Below are positions 52,089 through 62,345 of a DNA stretch of 64,000 bases, piece by piece. Position 1 is the stretch's first letter, and every line of letters starts with the position of its first letter. This DNA comes from Salinispira sp. (GTDB lineage Bacteria > Spirochaetota > Spirochaetia > DSM-27196 > Salinispiraceae). The stretch covers positions 375,707 to 439,706 of the forward strand of contig CBDDDG010000021.1 of the NCBI GenBank assembly GCA_965226555.1, given 5' to 3'. The notes under the pieces were generated by a model. That model was not told the DNA's origin. It saw only the letters and a list, made by a program, of their open reading frames with translations, and searched no databases. The position numbers and the translations under genes were made by a program.

Positions 52089-53688
52089 ATGAAAATTACG
52101 ACATACAGTTGGGGGGGGGGTAACCCTTTTTATTCTCTGCTCAATATTTATTGTATTGCTTGTCGGATGTCCAACATTAATTACTCCGCCTTCCATGTAT
52201 GCGCCGACTCTCACAGCGGAGAACGAACAGCTCACCGCATCGTGGGTTGATCCGACTACATGGAATTGGGGGGAGAACAACGCAGGAAACGATATTACCT
52301 CGTACAACCTGCGCTATCGGGAAGACGGTAGCGAGAGCTGGACAGATATCACATCCGGTATTACCAGCATAAGCCACGTCATTACCGAGCTGACAAACGG
52401 CGTCAATTATGCTGTGCAGGTGCGTGCTGTCAACGCGCAGGGCACCGGCGGCTGGTCGGCATCTTCCACGGCAACACCTACCGCAACTCTCACTGTTCCT
52501 GATGCGCCGACTGCTCCAGCCCTTGAAGCGGGCACTGGGCAGATCATTGCGAAATGGACTGCGCCAACCGATAACGGCGGCAGTCCCATTACCGGGTATG
52601 AGCTGCAATATCGTACAGATGACGGAGATTGGACGATCATGAGATCCGGCATTGCCTGCCGCGCACGTAGCGAGGGGCAGACAGAAGTCTGTCATTTTTC
52701 CTTCTCATCGTACTCCCCTTACACAATTCACAGCATTACGGCAGACGGCACCAACTACCAACTGCGGGTACGCGCCATCAACGCGCAAGGAGCGGGCGAA
52801 TGGTCTGCAACAGCAATGTTCCCGTTTCCGTTTGCAAGGCAGGTTCCCGCGGACTCGCAAGCGGTCGTAATTGTTCCGGCTGATATTGATAACCCCATTG
52901 CCCCTGAAATTGCCACCGAGCTCAGCGTTTCTTTGACCACGGTGGGGGCGAGCAATATCACGGTCGTTAATGGAGACATTACGGAGGTTATCCCCAAAGA
53001 TACGCCCGATGGGGTCACCCCGCCGACTGTCGATTCGAGCACCGGACTTATTACGCTTACGGTTAGCGCGGATACAACGGCAGGAGCATATGTGATATAT
53101 GACAACAATGCAACCGGAACCGATGGTCGACGGTTTGCCGAGTATTTTTACGTTACCGTGAGTCCTCAAGATGGTGATGGTAGTGCTGGTGTTGCTAATA
53201 ATGATGGCGGTAATGGTGAACTGAAAGCAGCGGTAAATGCGGGGATAACTACTTGGGGCAATACTGCCGACCTCAACTACATTATTACCACCGCAGTAAC
53301 GGATATGGTCACTGTCTTCTCTAACAACACCACATTCGATGGCGATATTTCGGGTTGGGATGTCAGTTCGGTAACGAATATGAACAATATGTTCAGTATC
53401 GCAGCCTCGTTCAATAGAGATATCTCCGGATGGGATGTCAGTTCGGTAACGGATATGTCCTACATGTTCAATGTCGCAGCCTCGTTCAATAGAGATATCT
53501 CTGGATGGGATGTCAGCTCGGTAACGAATCTGAACTCTATGTTCGCTAGCGCAGCCGAATTCAACCAGAATCTTGAGAAGTGGAAGGATCATTGGACGCT
53601 CAATACCTCTGGCAAATATACCGGAACCACAATAAATATGTTCAATGGTTCCGGTGTGACAGGTAGTCTGGTGCCGTCATGGTATTAG
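52089..53688 (+). CDS. FN3 + DUF285/BspA-like surface lipoprotein, frameshifted at a G10 tract in the signal peptide
   Basis: AGGAGGT..ATG 52089; with G9 it reads MKITTYSWGGVTLFILCSIFIVLLVGC into ORF 52156-53688; 2 FN3 domains, 4 repeats. Confidence 0.85.
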
Positions 53689-53738
53689 TTTCATAGCCCA
53701 TAGCCCACAGCGGCTAATGAAACATTGCAATTCAACTC

Positions 53739-53774
53739 AGGCAGGCGCGGAAAAAATCTGTGCCTGCCTTTTTT
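53739..53774 (+). terminator. rho-independent terminator
   Basis: AGGCAGGCGC-loop-GTGCCTGCCTTTTTT. Confidence 0.75.
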
Positions 53775-54000
53775 CGATAAGACGGCTGGTCGGCAGCGGA
53801 GTCTCCTAGGCTGGTCGGCGCGCTCCGCGCCTGCTCGCCCATGCGACTGTTGCTGAGACGGGGGCTGGTCGGAGGTTTGCGCCTCCTGCTCTCCTATGCG
53901 TCCGGGGCTGGTCAAACAGTAATATCCCAAAATAATAGAAACTTTTTACAAAAATTTCTCATTTTATCATTCACCATTCAATGTAACCCGTCTATATGGT

Positions 54001-54160
54001 ATGGGGAAAAAATATATCGGCATGGTACATGACAAAAGCTGGAAATATGCTTTCGAAAATCCTCAGATATTCAGGAACTTCATCTATTCATACTTCAACA
54101 AAAACCTCGCGCGGAGCATTGTCCCCGGGAGTATGGAGCGTATCGACACAGAGCATACCA
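54001..54160 (+). pseudogene. N-terminal stub of Rpn subfamily B
   Basis: MGKKYIGMVHDKSWKYAF..SIVPGSMERIDTEH, after which similarity to rpn-B ends. Confidence 0.8.
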
Positions 54161-54268
54161 GCCCCCATTCCCGACTCCCCGAAAAAAATTCACAAATTTT
54201 GCAAAATGCTTTCCAAAAACATAGTCAAGAATGACATTTTACCCGTTATAGATGTAGGAGGAATATTT

Positions 54269-55282
54269 ATGAAAAAATCATCCCACAGCACAGGCCATAT
54301 CCACGACATAGCCTTCAAGATCGCCTACTACAGAACCCCCCGGCTGATTCCCGACCTGCTGCGGCTGTTCTGTGAGGATACGACTCTTTCCAAGCTGGAC
54401 ATGGAAAAAATCCGCATTGAAACCCCCAGCTACATTGCAGGAAAAAAGAACCTTCACTGCGATCTCGTTGTCAGCGCCCCCTTCCTGTCAGACCCCAAGC
54501 GGAAATCTCTGTTTATTATTGAGCACAAAAGCTACCTGCACAAACATGCTCTCACTCAAATCGATAACTATCAACATGCCCTCAGAAACAGCAATGTGTA
54601 CAATGAAAATGATGCTATCTATATACTTCTGTTTTACCATGGAAAAAATGGATGGAACCTCCCACTCACATTTTACAGCTCGCATGGAAATGCTGCTTCC
54701 GAATCCATGACTGAAGGCACGGTAGATGTCAGGGTGAGAGTGTCGTACATTGTGCGCGATCTGAGGAGAATGACAAAGAAGCAGTTGGCATTGCGCTCCG
54801 ATGGAAAACGATATACATCGACTGCGTTGTGGTATATAATGCGAGATAATGAGATGGATGCTGAGGGGCTGAAAGAGATTGCGCAGCTCCTGAACGGTCT
54901 GTCTTCACAAGACTTTACTGATCTGGCAGAGAGTGTGCTAGGCTATCTGAAAGATTTGGGACTGTATGAGCAGTTTGAGAAAATTGACAGGGAACTGTTC
55001 CCTAGAGGAGAAAACAGTATGCGGACATATAATATTACCAACGCCTTCGTGAGGGAAGGCATTGCGAAGGGCCGGATTGAAGGTCTTGAGCAGGGTATCA
55101 CAAAGGGCCGGGCTGAGGGCATTGAGAAAGGTATTCTGAAAGGTCGCGCGGAGGGGCATATTGAGGAGCGGAGAAAAAACGCCCGCAGTATGTTTTCCAA
55201 AGGATTTTCAGCCCATGACATTCAGGATGTTACCGGGCTGAGCGATGAAGACTTGCGGACAGTGCGGAACGGATCGCAGTAA
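54269..55282 (+). CDS. Rpn family nuclease/putative transposase, subfamily A, intact, 337 aa
   Basis: HDIAFK, CDLVV, IIEHKS; RBS AGGAGG; internal AGGAG..ATG at 55019. Confidence 0.88.
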   Translation: MKKSSHSTGHIHDIAFKIAYYRTPRLIPDLLRLFCEDTTLSKLDMEKIRIETPSYIAGKKNLHCDLVVSAPFLSDPKRKSLFIIEHKSYLHKHALTQIDNYQHALRNSNVYNENDAIYILLFYHGKNGWNLPLTFYSSHGNAASESMTEGTVDVRVRVSYIVRDLRRMTKKQLALRSDGKRYTSTALWYIMRDNEMDAEGLKEIAQLLNGLSSQDFTDLAESVLGYLKDLGLYEQFEKIDRELFPRGENSMRTYNITNAFVREGIAKGRIEGLEQGITKGRAEGIEKGILKGRAEGHIEERRKNARSMFSKGFSAHDIQDVTGLSDEDLRTVRNGSQ

Positions 55283-55306
55283 TTCGCCCTAATGTGCTTT
55301 ATGTAG

Positions 55307-55335
55307 TTGACAGACTACCGTTGTACCGCTAATCT
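55307..55335 (+). promoter_or_regulatory. sigma70-type promoter of tRNA-Asn
   Basis: TTGACA-17 nt-TAATCT. Confidence 0.65.
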
Positions 55336-55343
55336 TGTACCAT

Positions 55344-55416
55344 TCCCCTGTAGCTCAGCTGGTAGAGCAAATGACTGTTAATCATTGGGTCGTTGGTTCG
55401 AATCCAACCGGGGGAG
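55344..55416 (+). tRNA. tRNA-Asn(GTT)
   Basis: Acceptor stem TCCCCTG/CGGGGGA, anticodon arm AATGA-CTGTTAA-TCATT, T-loop GGTTCGAATCC; CCA not encoded. Confidence 0.96.
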
Positions 55417-55483
55417 CTTTAATGAATATGCTTATTGCGATGTATCATCCTGATCACGGGGTATATCCGCAACGGAGGAGGAC

Positions 55484-56662
55484 ATGAGTCAGCAACCGCT
55501 TATTGTCTTCACAGGCGGAGGAAGCGGGGGCCATGTATTTCCCGCCTTTGCTGTGATCGACCGCTTGGGAATGAATGCGCGGATTCTGTGGATTGGTTCG
55601 CGGCGAGGTATTGAAGCTGATATTGTTGCCCGCCGCGGTATTGATTTTAGGGGAATAAGCGCCGGTAAACTGCGGCGGTACATTTCCCTGAAAAATTGTA
55701 TCGATTTTTTCCGTTTTCTTGCGGGAATAGGAGAATCTCTCGTACTTCTTGCCCGTTTCCGTCCCGCGCTGGTATTTTCCAAGGGGGGGTTTGTCAGTGT
55801 GCCGCCGGTTATTGCGGCATACATCCTGAAAATTCCTGTTGTATGCCATGAATCCGATTATGACCCGGGGCTTGCGACCCGAATATGCGCATTGTTCTGT
55901 TCAGCGCTCTGTATTCCCTATGAAGAATCGCTCCGGTTTTACCGCAGAAATAGCCGGAATAGCAGAAAAACAGTAGTTGTTACAGGGAATCCTGTCCGCA
56001 GCGATGTTCTGAAAGGTTCACGGAGGGCTGCCTTTGCAATGACGGGTTTTTCATCAACTCTGCCGGTTCTCCTTATACAAGGCGGAAGCCTCGGAGCCCG
56101 CCAGATTAACACCTTTGTGAAAAATAACATCATCCGCCTGCTTGAATCGGCGCAGGTCATTCACCAGACAGGAGACAGTTCCTGGGAGCTTGAAGTACCC
56201 GCCCGCCTCCGCTCCCGATATTTTTCACGGTCTTTTTTTAGTAATACATATTCCGATATACTGAAGATATCGGATATTGTCATTTCCCGGGCAGGGGCAG
56301 GGACTGTGTGGGAGCTGGGGCTGGCGGCAAAGCCAGCGGTATTTATTCCGCTTACGGCGGGTTCACGGGGCGATCAACTGCGTAATGCCCGCTATGTTGA
56401 AGGGCACGGCGCTGCTCTGGTCTGTGAATCGGAGGAGGGGCTGGAAAATCTTGCAGAAAGAGTTACGGCGCTCCTTGCCGATCTGCCGAAACAACGGGCA
56501 ATGGCGGCAGCATGGAAAACAATTGTGCACAATGAGGGTGCTGAGCGTGTTGCCCGGGTTATCAGAAAAATTCTTGCATCTGAGAAAAATGTCCACCGGA
56601 ATTTTCCACCGGATCCGATGGCGGAAATTCCGAAAAAGGAAGGAAAAATTGAATCCTCTTGA
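55484..56662 (+). CDS. murG: lipid I N-acetylglucosaminyltransferase MurG
   Basis: GGGSGGHVFP, KGGFVS, GNPVR, GGSLGA, SRAGAGT, DQLRNA. Confidence 0.96.
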   Translation: MSQQPLIVFTGGGSGGHVFPAFAVIDRLGMNARILWIGSRRGIEADIVARRGIDFRGISAGKLRRYISLKNCIDFFRFLAGIGESLVLLARFRPALVFSKGGFVSVPPVIAAYILKIPVVCHESDYDPGLATRICALFCSALCIPYEESLRFYRRNSRNSRKTVVVTGNPVRSDVLKGSRRAAFAMTGFSSTLPVLLIQGGSLGARQINTFVKNNIIRLLESAQVIHQTGDSSWELEVPARLRSRYFSRSFFSNTYSDILKISDIVISRAGAGTVWELGLAAKPAVFIPLTAGSRGDQLRNARYVEGHGAALVCESEEGLENLAERVTALLADLPKQRAMAAAWKTIVHNEGAERVARVIRKILASEKNVHRNFPPDPMAEIPKKEGKIESS

Positions 56663-57119
56663 TATTATCTGTATACTGCTGCTTCTGGTTTTTATTGTTC
56701 GGGGACTCATTCGTGGTTTTGTGACAGAATTCAGCGCAATTGCGGCCATTCTCTCCGGTGTGCTCATTGCGAGCTTTTTCAGCGGGATTGCGGCCTCCGT
56801 ACTGGATCAATACCTTGAACCATCGTTCTGGAATCAGGTCATTGCCTTTCTTTCTCTTTTTATTGTTACATATCTCATAGTTAAGCTTTTTGAAGCGGGA
56901 TTGAAGAGCCTGATAGAAAAGGCGAATCTCACTAATCTGAACAAGGCTCTGGGAGTATTTCTTGGTCTTCTTGAGGGATTCGCGCTCATTTTTATTGTTA
57001 TCTTCATTCTTCAGCTTCAGCCCTTCATACAGACAGATACGCTTATTGCAGAAAGTTTATTTGCACCTATGCTGCTGCCGCTCTTTCCCTATGCGCATAA
57101 GCTTATTTCACGGGAATAA
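56649..57119 (+). CDS. cvpA: CvpA family membrane protein
   Basis: LNPLDII..RGLIRGFVTE, NKALGVFLG; TTG start. Confidence 0.85.
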   Translation: MNPLDIICILLLLVFIVRGLIRGFVTEFSAIAAILSGVLIASFFSGIAASVLDQYLEPSFWNQVIAFLSLFIVTYLIVKLFEAGLKSLIEKANLTNLNKALGVFLGLLEGFALIFIVIFILQLQPFIQTDTLIAESLFAPMLLPLFPYAHKLISRE

Positions 57120-57122
57120 TGT

Positions 57123-58280
57123 ATGTTTGAAAATCTTCTGTATCAGGACAAGGTACGCGATGCCCTGAAGCGGGAAATTACAACAGGCCGTCTTCCGCCT
57201 GCCATTATCTTTGCGGGGCCTCCTCAGAGCGGAAAAATGACTGCCGCTCTGGAACTTGCCCGCGCGCTGAACTGTAAGGTTTCGGGCGCGCCATGGGCAT
57301 GTCATTGTTCTTCCTGCGCGCAGTACCGGCTTCTGGACAGCCCCTACATGCTGCTTATGGGCCGCCGCAATTTCAGCGATGAAATTCAGGCTGCGCAGAA
57401 CATGCTTATGCGGGAGAAAAAAAAGGAACTCTATTACCTTTTTCTGCGGAACGTCAAAAAACTTGTCCGCCGTTTCGATTATCTCCTCTGGCAGGACGAT
57501 AACAGAAAACTGAACATGGCAATCAAGTTCATGGATCGCCTGAATGAACTCATCGGCGATCCGAAAAAACTCAATGCCGACCTCATGAGCCGTTCAGAAG
57601 AGATCATCAGCTCCGATCTTGTCCGCAGCATCGATCAACTTCTTCCCGCCGACGGCGTCGGCATCAATATGCTCCGCAGGGCTGTGTACTGGGCGCGCAC
57701 GGCAGACCGCTCGCTCAACAAGACTATTATTATCGAAAATGCCGATAGCATGAATAACTCAGCCAGAAACAGCCTGCTGAAAGTTCTTGAAGAGGCGCCC
57801 CCGCAAACCTTCTTCATTCTTACCACCGAACGCCCCGGGGCAATTGTCCCCACCATACGCAGCCGCGCACGGTTTTTCCGTTTTCTTTCCCGCAAACCAG
57901 AAGAATTGCGGGAGGTTATCAGCAGGGTCTACCGTTGTTCCGAAGCGGAGCGCTATAATACCATTCAGGATTTTTTTGACGGCATTCTGCGCTGGCACAT
58001 TGATCGGAAGCATGTGGAGCTCATGTTTGTTCTCCTCAGGAAAAAAAGCATTGCTGCCCGCGATACGCTCGCCGCATATTTTCGTTCTGACCGTCAGAAC
58101 CTGCGGCGTCTCATCATCCTCTGTCTGGAAAAACTCCGTACAGCACTTTCGGGGGCTGAGGGAAATTTTGAAAACATTCATGAACTATTTATCATGCAGA
58201 GAAAACTTGAGGAAATGTATTATCGCTGTGAAACCTATAACATCCCGGTAGCATCAATTCTGGAATGTGGATATAGGTAA
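57123..58280 (+). CDS. holB: DNA polymerase III delta-prime-like clamp loader subunit
   Basis: GPPQSGKMT, Cys cluster, NSLLKVLEE, TIRSR. Confidence 0.75.
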   Translation: MFENLLYQDKVRDALKREITTGRLPPAIIFAGPPQSGKMTAALELARALNCKVSGAPWACHCSSCAQYRLLDSPYMLLMGRRNFSDEIQAAQNMLMREKKKELYYLFLRNVKKLVRRFDYLLWQDDNRKLNMAIKFMDRLNELIGDPKKLNADLMSRSEEIISSDLVRSIDQLLPADGVGINMLRRAVYWARTADRSLNKTIIIENADSMNNSARNSLLKVLEEAPPQTFFILTTERPGAIVPTIRSRARFFRFLSRKPEELREVISRVYRCSEAERYNTIQDFFDGILRWHIDRKHVELMFVLLRKKSIAARDTLAAYFRSDRQNLRRLIILCLEKLRTALSGAEGNFENIHELFIMQRKLEEMYYRCETYNIPVASILECGYR

Positions 58281-58285
58281 GAACA

Positions 58286-59446
58286 ATGCGGAAATTTATT
58301 CAGCGGGCGCTTAACAAATTATCAAAACTCAATGAACAGCAAATTCATGCCCTCATGTATGATCTTGCTCGATCAAATGATCAAATGGAAACAGTGCTCG
58401 ATTCCATCGCCGATGGTATTTTGGTCTCCGATCAGAATAATCGGGTCATTCTCGTGAACAAGGCTGCTGAGCGTCTTATATCTGCGCACGAGCAGGAAGA
58501 TAGCGAAAAAATTATATGGGATGTCATAGACGATAAGGACATTGCCGACTTTGCGCGGGAAATTATCAGCAGAGAAGAACCATCCTCCGATCGGGAATTT
58601 ACCCTCCAAGATCCCTACAGAATTCTGTCGGTGAAAGTTATGCCTCTGGTGCGGAAGGGGGAGGTGCACGGCAACCTGATACACATTAAGGACATTTCCG
58701 AGAAACGCTTTCGCGAAACTCGCCTCAGACGCGCCGAAAACCTTGCGAGCCTTACCAACCTTACCGCTGCGGTTGCCCATGAAATAAAAAATCCTCTCGG
58801 GAGCATAAGCATTCACATTCAGCTCATGGAACGTATTCTCACCACCGATAAAAATTCCGAGCTCAGGAAATATCTTGATATTATTGATGAAGAAGTGGAT
58901 CGGCTCAACCGCATTGTTATGGATTTCCTCTTTGCCGTCCGGCCAATTGACATTAGCTTTGAACTCCACGATTTGAACATTCTCCTGCATGAAACTCTGG
59001 ACTTCCTCAAATATGAACTTGAGGAAGCAAAAATCGGACTCCGTGAAAAATATCAGACCGACATTCCCCACATCCTTCTCGATGAGAAATTTATTCGGCA
59101 GGCTGTGCTGAACATCGTGAAAAATGCCATTAATGCCATGCCGCATGGCGGAGCGCTTACTGTGCAAACGCATTTTTCGGGAAGCGAGGTGCAGCTCAAA
59201 ATAGGCGACACAGGTTGCGGCATGAATGAAGATATCATGGAGAAAATATTTGAACCCTATTTCACCACCAGGGAATTCGGCAGTGGTATTGGGCTGACAA
59301 TTGTATACAAGATAATAAAAGAACACAGCGGCGATATTTCGGTTATTAGTAAGGAGAATGAGGGCAGTACATTTCTGCTGTCATTTCCTGTTCCCGATGA
59401 TCAGCGTCATCTGCTTAAGGATTCTCCATGCGGAGGCGAGGTATGA
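58286..59446 (+). CDS. PAS-domain sensor histidine kinase (NtrB/Hk2-like)
   Basis: AHEIKNPL, NIVKNA, DTGCG, FEPYFTT, GIGL. Confidence 0.93.
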   Translation: MRKFIQRALNKLSKLNEQQIHALMYDLARSNDQMETVLDSIADGILVSDQNNRVILVNKAAERLISAHEQEDSEKIIWDVIDDKDIADFAREIISREEPSSDREFTLQDPYRILSVKVMPLVRKGEVHGNLIHIKDISEKRFRETRLRRAENLASLTNLTAAVAHEIKNPLGSISIHIQLMERILTTDKNSELRKYLDIIDEEVDRLNRIVMDFLFAVRPIDISFELHDLNILLHETLDFLKYELEEAKIGLREKYQTDIPHILLDEKFIRQAVLNIVKNAINAMPHGGALTVQTHFSGSEVQLKIGDTGCGMNEDIMEKIFEPYFTTREFGSGIGLTIVYKIIKEHSGDISVISKENEGSTFLLSFPVPDDQRHLLKDSPCGGEV

Positions 59447-60786
59447 GGTTTCATGTGTTGGTTGTTGACGATGAGAAAAATATACGCGAGGGGCTTGCCC
59501 GAAGTCTGGAAATGGATGGCTACCATATATCGCTTGCCGAAAATGGACTTGCAGCGCTTGAAATTATGGAGACAGAGAATGTTGATTTGGTCATTAGTGA
59601 TCTGAAAATGCCCGGCATGGGGGGGGAGGAACTTCTTCGCAGAATTGTCAGTAACTGGCCGACGGTTTCTGTTATCATTCTCACAGGTCATGGGAACATT
59701 GAGACTGCTGTTCAGTCCATGCGTGATGGCGCCTTCGATTTTCTGAGCAAGCCGGTGAATTTGGGGCGGCTCAGTATGCTGGTTAAGAGGGCGCTTTCGA
59801 CCAGATCGCTCATACTCCAGCATGGCGCCCTTCAGGAGGAACTGCGGCAGCTCCGACAGAGCAATTTTATTATGGGTAAGAGCCCAGCCATTCGGAGGGT
59901 TATGGAGCTCATTCAGCAGGTAGCGCCCGCGCGGGCCTCGGTGCTCATTACCGGCGAGAGCGGCGTGGGTAAGGAGTTGGTTGCCGATGCCATCCACAAC
60001 ATGAGCCCGCGGGCAAGTAAGCCCTTTATTAAGGTACATTGCGCCGCCCTGAGCGAGGGCCTTCTGGAGAGTGAACTTTTCGGTCATGAAAAGGGGGCCT
60101 TTACCGGTTCCGTTGGCCGTAAGCGGGGACGCTTTGAGCTTGCCGACAGCGGGAGTATCTTTTTGGATGAAATAGGCGAAATTAGTCAGACTGTGCAGAT
60201 AAAGATTCTCCGTGTTCTCCAGGAAAGATCGTTTGAGCGGGTGGGAGGCGAGCAGACAGTTGAGGTCGATATCCGTCTGATCGCTGCCACAAACCGCGAT
60301 CTTACGGCAGAAATTGAACGGGGCGCATTCAGGGAAGATCTCTACTATCGTCTGAATGTCGTTAACATTCATGTGCCGCCTCTTCGTGAGCGTAAGGAAG
60401 ATATTTCCCTGCTTGCCGCCGCATTCCTCAAGGAAATAAGCGAGGAGAACGGAAAGAACATTCTCGGCATGAGTAAGGATGTCCTTTCGGCATTGTACAA
60501 ATACGACTGGCCCGGGAATGTGCGCGAACTGCGCAACAGCATTGAGTCGGCGGTTGTTATGTGCCGCGATACAATTCTCTCTCTGCACGATTTGCCCCCG
60601 AGAATTGAGGACAGCAGGGCTGAAGGATATATTAGTATTCGGCAGGGTACATCGTTATCGGAGGCGGAGCGTAAGATTATTCAGCAGACGCTTCTTTTTA
60701 ATCATAATAATAAAAGCCGCAGCGCAGAGATTCTCGGCATTGGACGGAAAACCCTCCACCGTAAAATTGATGAATATGGTTTGTAG
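59443..60786 (+). CDS. sigma54-dependent response regulator (NtrC/Rrp2-like)
   Basis: REC domain (VVDDE, DLKMP), GESGVGKE, GAFTG, WPGNVREL, Fis-type HTH. Confidence 0.95.
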   Translation: MRFHVLVVDDEKNIREGLARSLEMDGYHISLAENGLAALEIMETENVDLVISDLKMPGMGGEELLRRIVSNWPTVSVIILTGHGNIETAVQSMRDGAFDFLSKPVNLGRLSMLVKRALSTRSLILQHGALQEELRQLRQSNFIMGKSPAIRRVMELIQQVAPARASVLITGESGVGKELVADAIHNMSPRASKPFIKVHCAALSEGLLESELFGHEKGAFTGSVGRKRGRFELADSGSIFLDEIGEISQTVQIKILRVLQERSFERVGGEQTVEVDIRLIAATNRDLTAEIERGAFREDLYYRLNVVNIHVPPLRERKEDISLLAAAFLKEISEENGKNILGMSKDVLSALYKYDWPGNVRELRNSIESAVVMCRDTILSLHDLPPRIEDSRAEGYISIRQGTSLSEAERKIIQQTLLFNHNNKSRSAEILGIGRKTLHRKIDEYGL

Positions 60787-60809
60787 AAAGTTTTCGCGCA
60801 GGTGGGTGT

Positions 60810-61250
60810 ATGAATGTTGTTGTTCTTGATTATGCCGCGCTGAATTACCCGGAGCCGAGCGGTTTTGCGCCGATTCGGGAACATATGCGGGAACATATGG
60901 CGGAGTTCGGCAGGCTGATGGTCTTTGAACGGAGTAGCGGTCTTGAAGTGCTTGATCGTGCCCGCAGCGCAGACATTCTGCTCACATGCCGCGCTCCCAT
61001 CGGCAGGGACCTTATGGACATCTTTACCCGCCTCCGGTACATCGGGGTACTGGGGTCGGATTTCGCTCATGTTGATACAAACTATGCCCGCATGCTCAAT
61101 CTGCCGGTAAGCTGCGTTCCGGCTTCGGCGCTGGCTTCGGAGCCGGTTTCAGAATCCGGCGCCCGCGAAAATGACATACAGTACTGCATGCGTATTGCGG
61201 CATTGAACATACGGGCATGGCTTCGCGGTGAGGTACTGAATCGCGTATGA
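60810..61250 (+). CDS. D-2-hydroxyacid dehydrogenase-like protein lacking the NAD-binding domain
   Basis: VVLDY..LN, ADILLT, LRYIGVLG..VD, then directly the terminal NIRAWLRGEVLNRV. Confidence 0.65.
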   Translation: MNVVVLDYAALNYPEPSGFAPIREHMREHMAEFGRLMVFERSSGLEVLDRARSADILLTCRAPIGRDLMDIFTRLRYIGVLGSDFAHVDTNYARMLNLPVSCVPASALASEPVSESGARENDIQYCMRIAALNIRAWLRGEVLNRV

Positions 61251-61269
61251 TTGCTGAATGTTGGAGCTG

Positions 61270-62193
61270 TTATGGGTCGGCAGTAGGGGTTGCGATGGAA
61301 ATTTCCGACCATTCGCCGTGGCCCAGCTCGTTGACGGCGAGCACCAGTATGAGATAGCTGACATCGTTTGTTAATTCGGTAATGGTGTAGCTTGTGTCGG
61401 TAATATCTTCAATGAGCTTGTATCTGTACGACAATTTGTCCGATGCATCGGTCTTATAAGCGCATATCAGACGATACTCGGTAATTGGACTGCCGCCGTC
61501 ATTGAGCGGTTCAGTCCATGTTGCGGTGAGTTGGGCGTTCCCTGTTGTGAGCGTTGGAGCGGGCGGCGCGGCGGGAGGGGTAGCCGGAAGGAGCATTGTA
61601 GAGCTGTCCGACCATGAGCCAGCGCCCCGCGCGTTGACGGCGCGCACCTGTACTTCGTATGCGGCGCCGTTTGTCAATTCGGTAATGGTGTAGGAGCGCG
61701 CGTGTGCGCCAATGCCGGAATTGAGCACTGTCCAGTTGCCGCTGCCGTTTTCGCGGTGTTGCAGGTGATACTCGGTCATTGCGCTGCCGCCGTCATTGAG
61801 CGGTTCAGTCCATGTTGCGGTGAGTTGGGCGTTCCCTGTTGTGAGCGTTGGAGCGGGCGGCGCGGCGGGAGGGGTTTCTTCTTCGGTTGCGGGTTCTTCA
61901 TCGGTTGGGGGTTCTTCCTTGGTTGCGGGTTCTTCATCGGTTGCGGGTTCTTCCTCGGTTGCGGGTTCTTCCTCGGCTGCGGGTTCTTCATCGGCTGCGG
62001 GTTCTTCCTCGGTTGGGGGCTCTTCATCGGTTGCGGGTTCTTCCTTGGTTGCGGGTTCTTCCTCGGCTGCGGGTTCTTCTTCGGCTGCGCCAACACGTTC
62101 AAGACTGAAAAATAGCCCCATTGTTCCCTGTCCACAGGATATGAGAAGGATGAGAAGAATGAGAAATGTTGTCGACATGGCTTTATATATCAT
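61270..62193 (-). CDS. lipoprotein with acidic Pro-rich repeat and two FN3 domains
   Basis: LLISC lipobox, EEPxxx about 12 times, duplicated APPAPTLTTGNAQLTATW FN3 starts. Confidence 0.85.
   Translation of the reverse strand: MIYKAMSTTFLILLILLISCGQGTMGLFFSLERVGAAEEEPAAEEEPATKEEPATDEEPPTEEEPAADEEPAAEEEPATEEEPATDEEPATKEEPPTDEEPATEEETPPAAPPAPTLTTGNAQLTATWTEPLNDGGSAMTEYHLQHRENGSGNWTVLNSGIGAHARSYTITELTNGAAYEVQVRAVNARGAGSWSDSSTMLLPATPPAAPPAPTLTTGNAQLTATWTEPLNDGGSPITEYRLICAYKTDASDKLSYRYKLIEDITDTSYTITELTNDVSYLILVLAVNELGHGEWSEISIATPTADP
61875..62090 (-). repeat. 18-nt coding tandem repeat (about 12 units)
   Basis: GAAGAACCCGCAACCGAN units. Confidence 0.9.
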
Positions 62194-62345
62194 TTGTTAC
62201 CTCCATAGCTTATTGAGAATGATGATATTATAAGGTTTTACTATTGCAATAGATTTTTTGTGAATTGATGGGATATAAACCTTCCAACCGTATCGGAAGG
62301 CTGGTCGGAGGCGGAGCGCAGGGCTGGCTACTGCGGGCTATGAAC

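Noticed and set aside
53996..54268. Long N-terminal extensions of rpn-A (also 15766-15996 and 36073-36318)
   Set aside because: The frames differ between copies; they are chance fusions to eroded B stubs, and the conserved start is AGGAGG..MKKSS.
55283..55416. tRNA-Asn as the integration site of the neighbouring cassette
   Set aside because: The cassette lies 5' of the tRNA and its promoter; I found no duplicated tRNA 3' end and no integrase.
58373..60588. Long antisense ORFs (58373-59326, 59407-60588; also 46751-47959 and 52705-53592)
   Set aside because: They are shadows of well-supported genes on the opposite strand and have no recognisable motifs.
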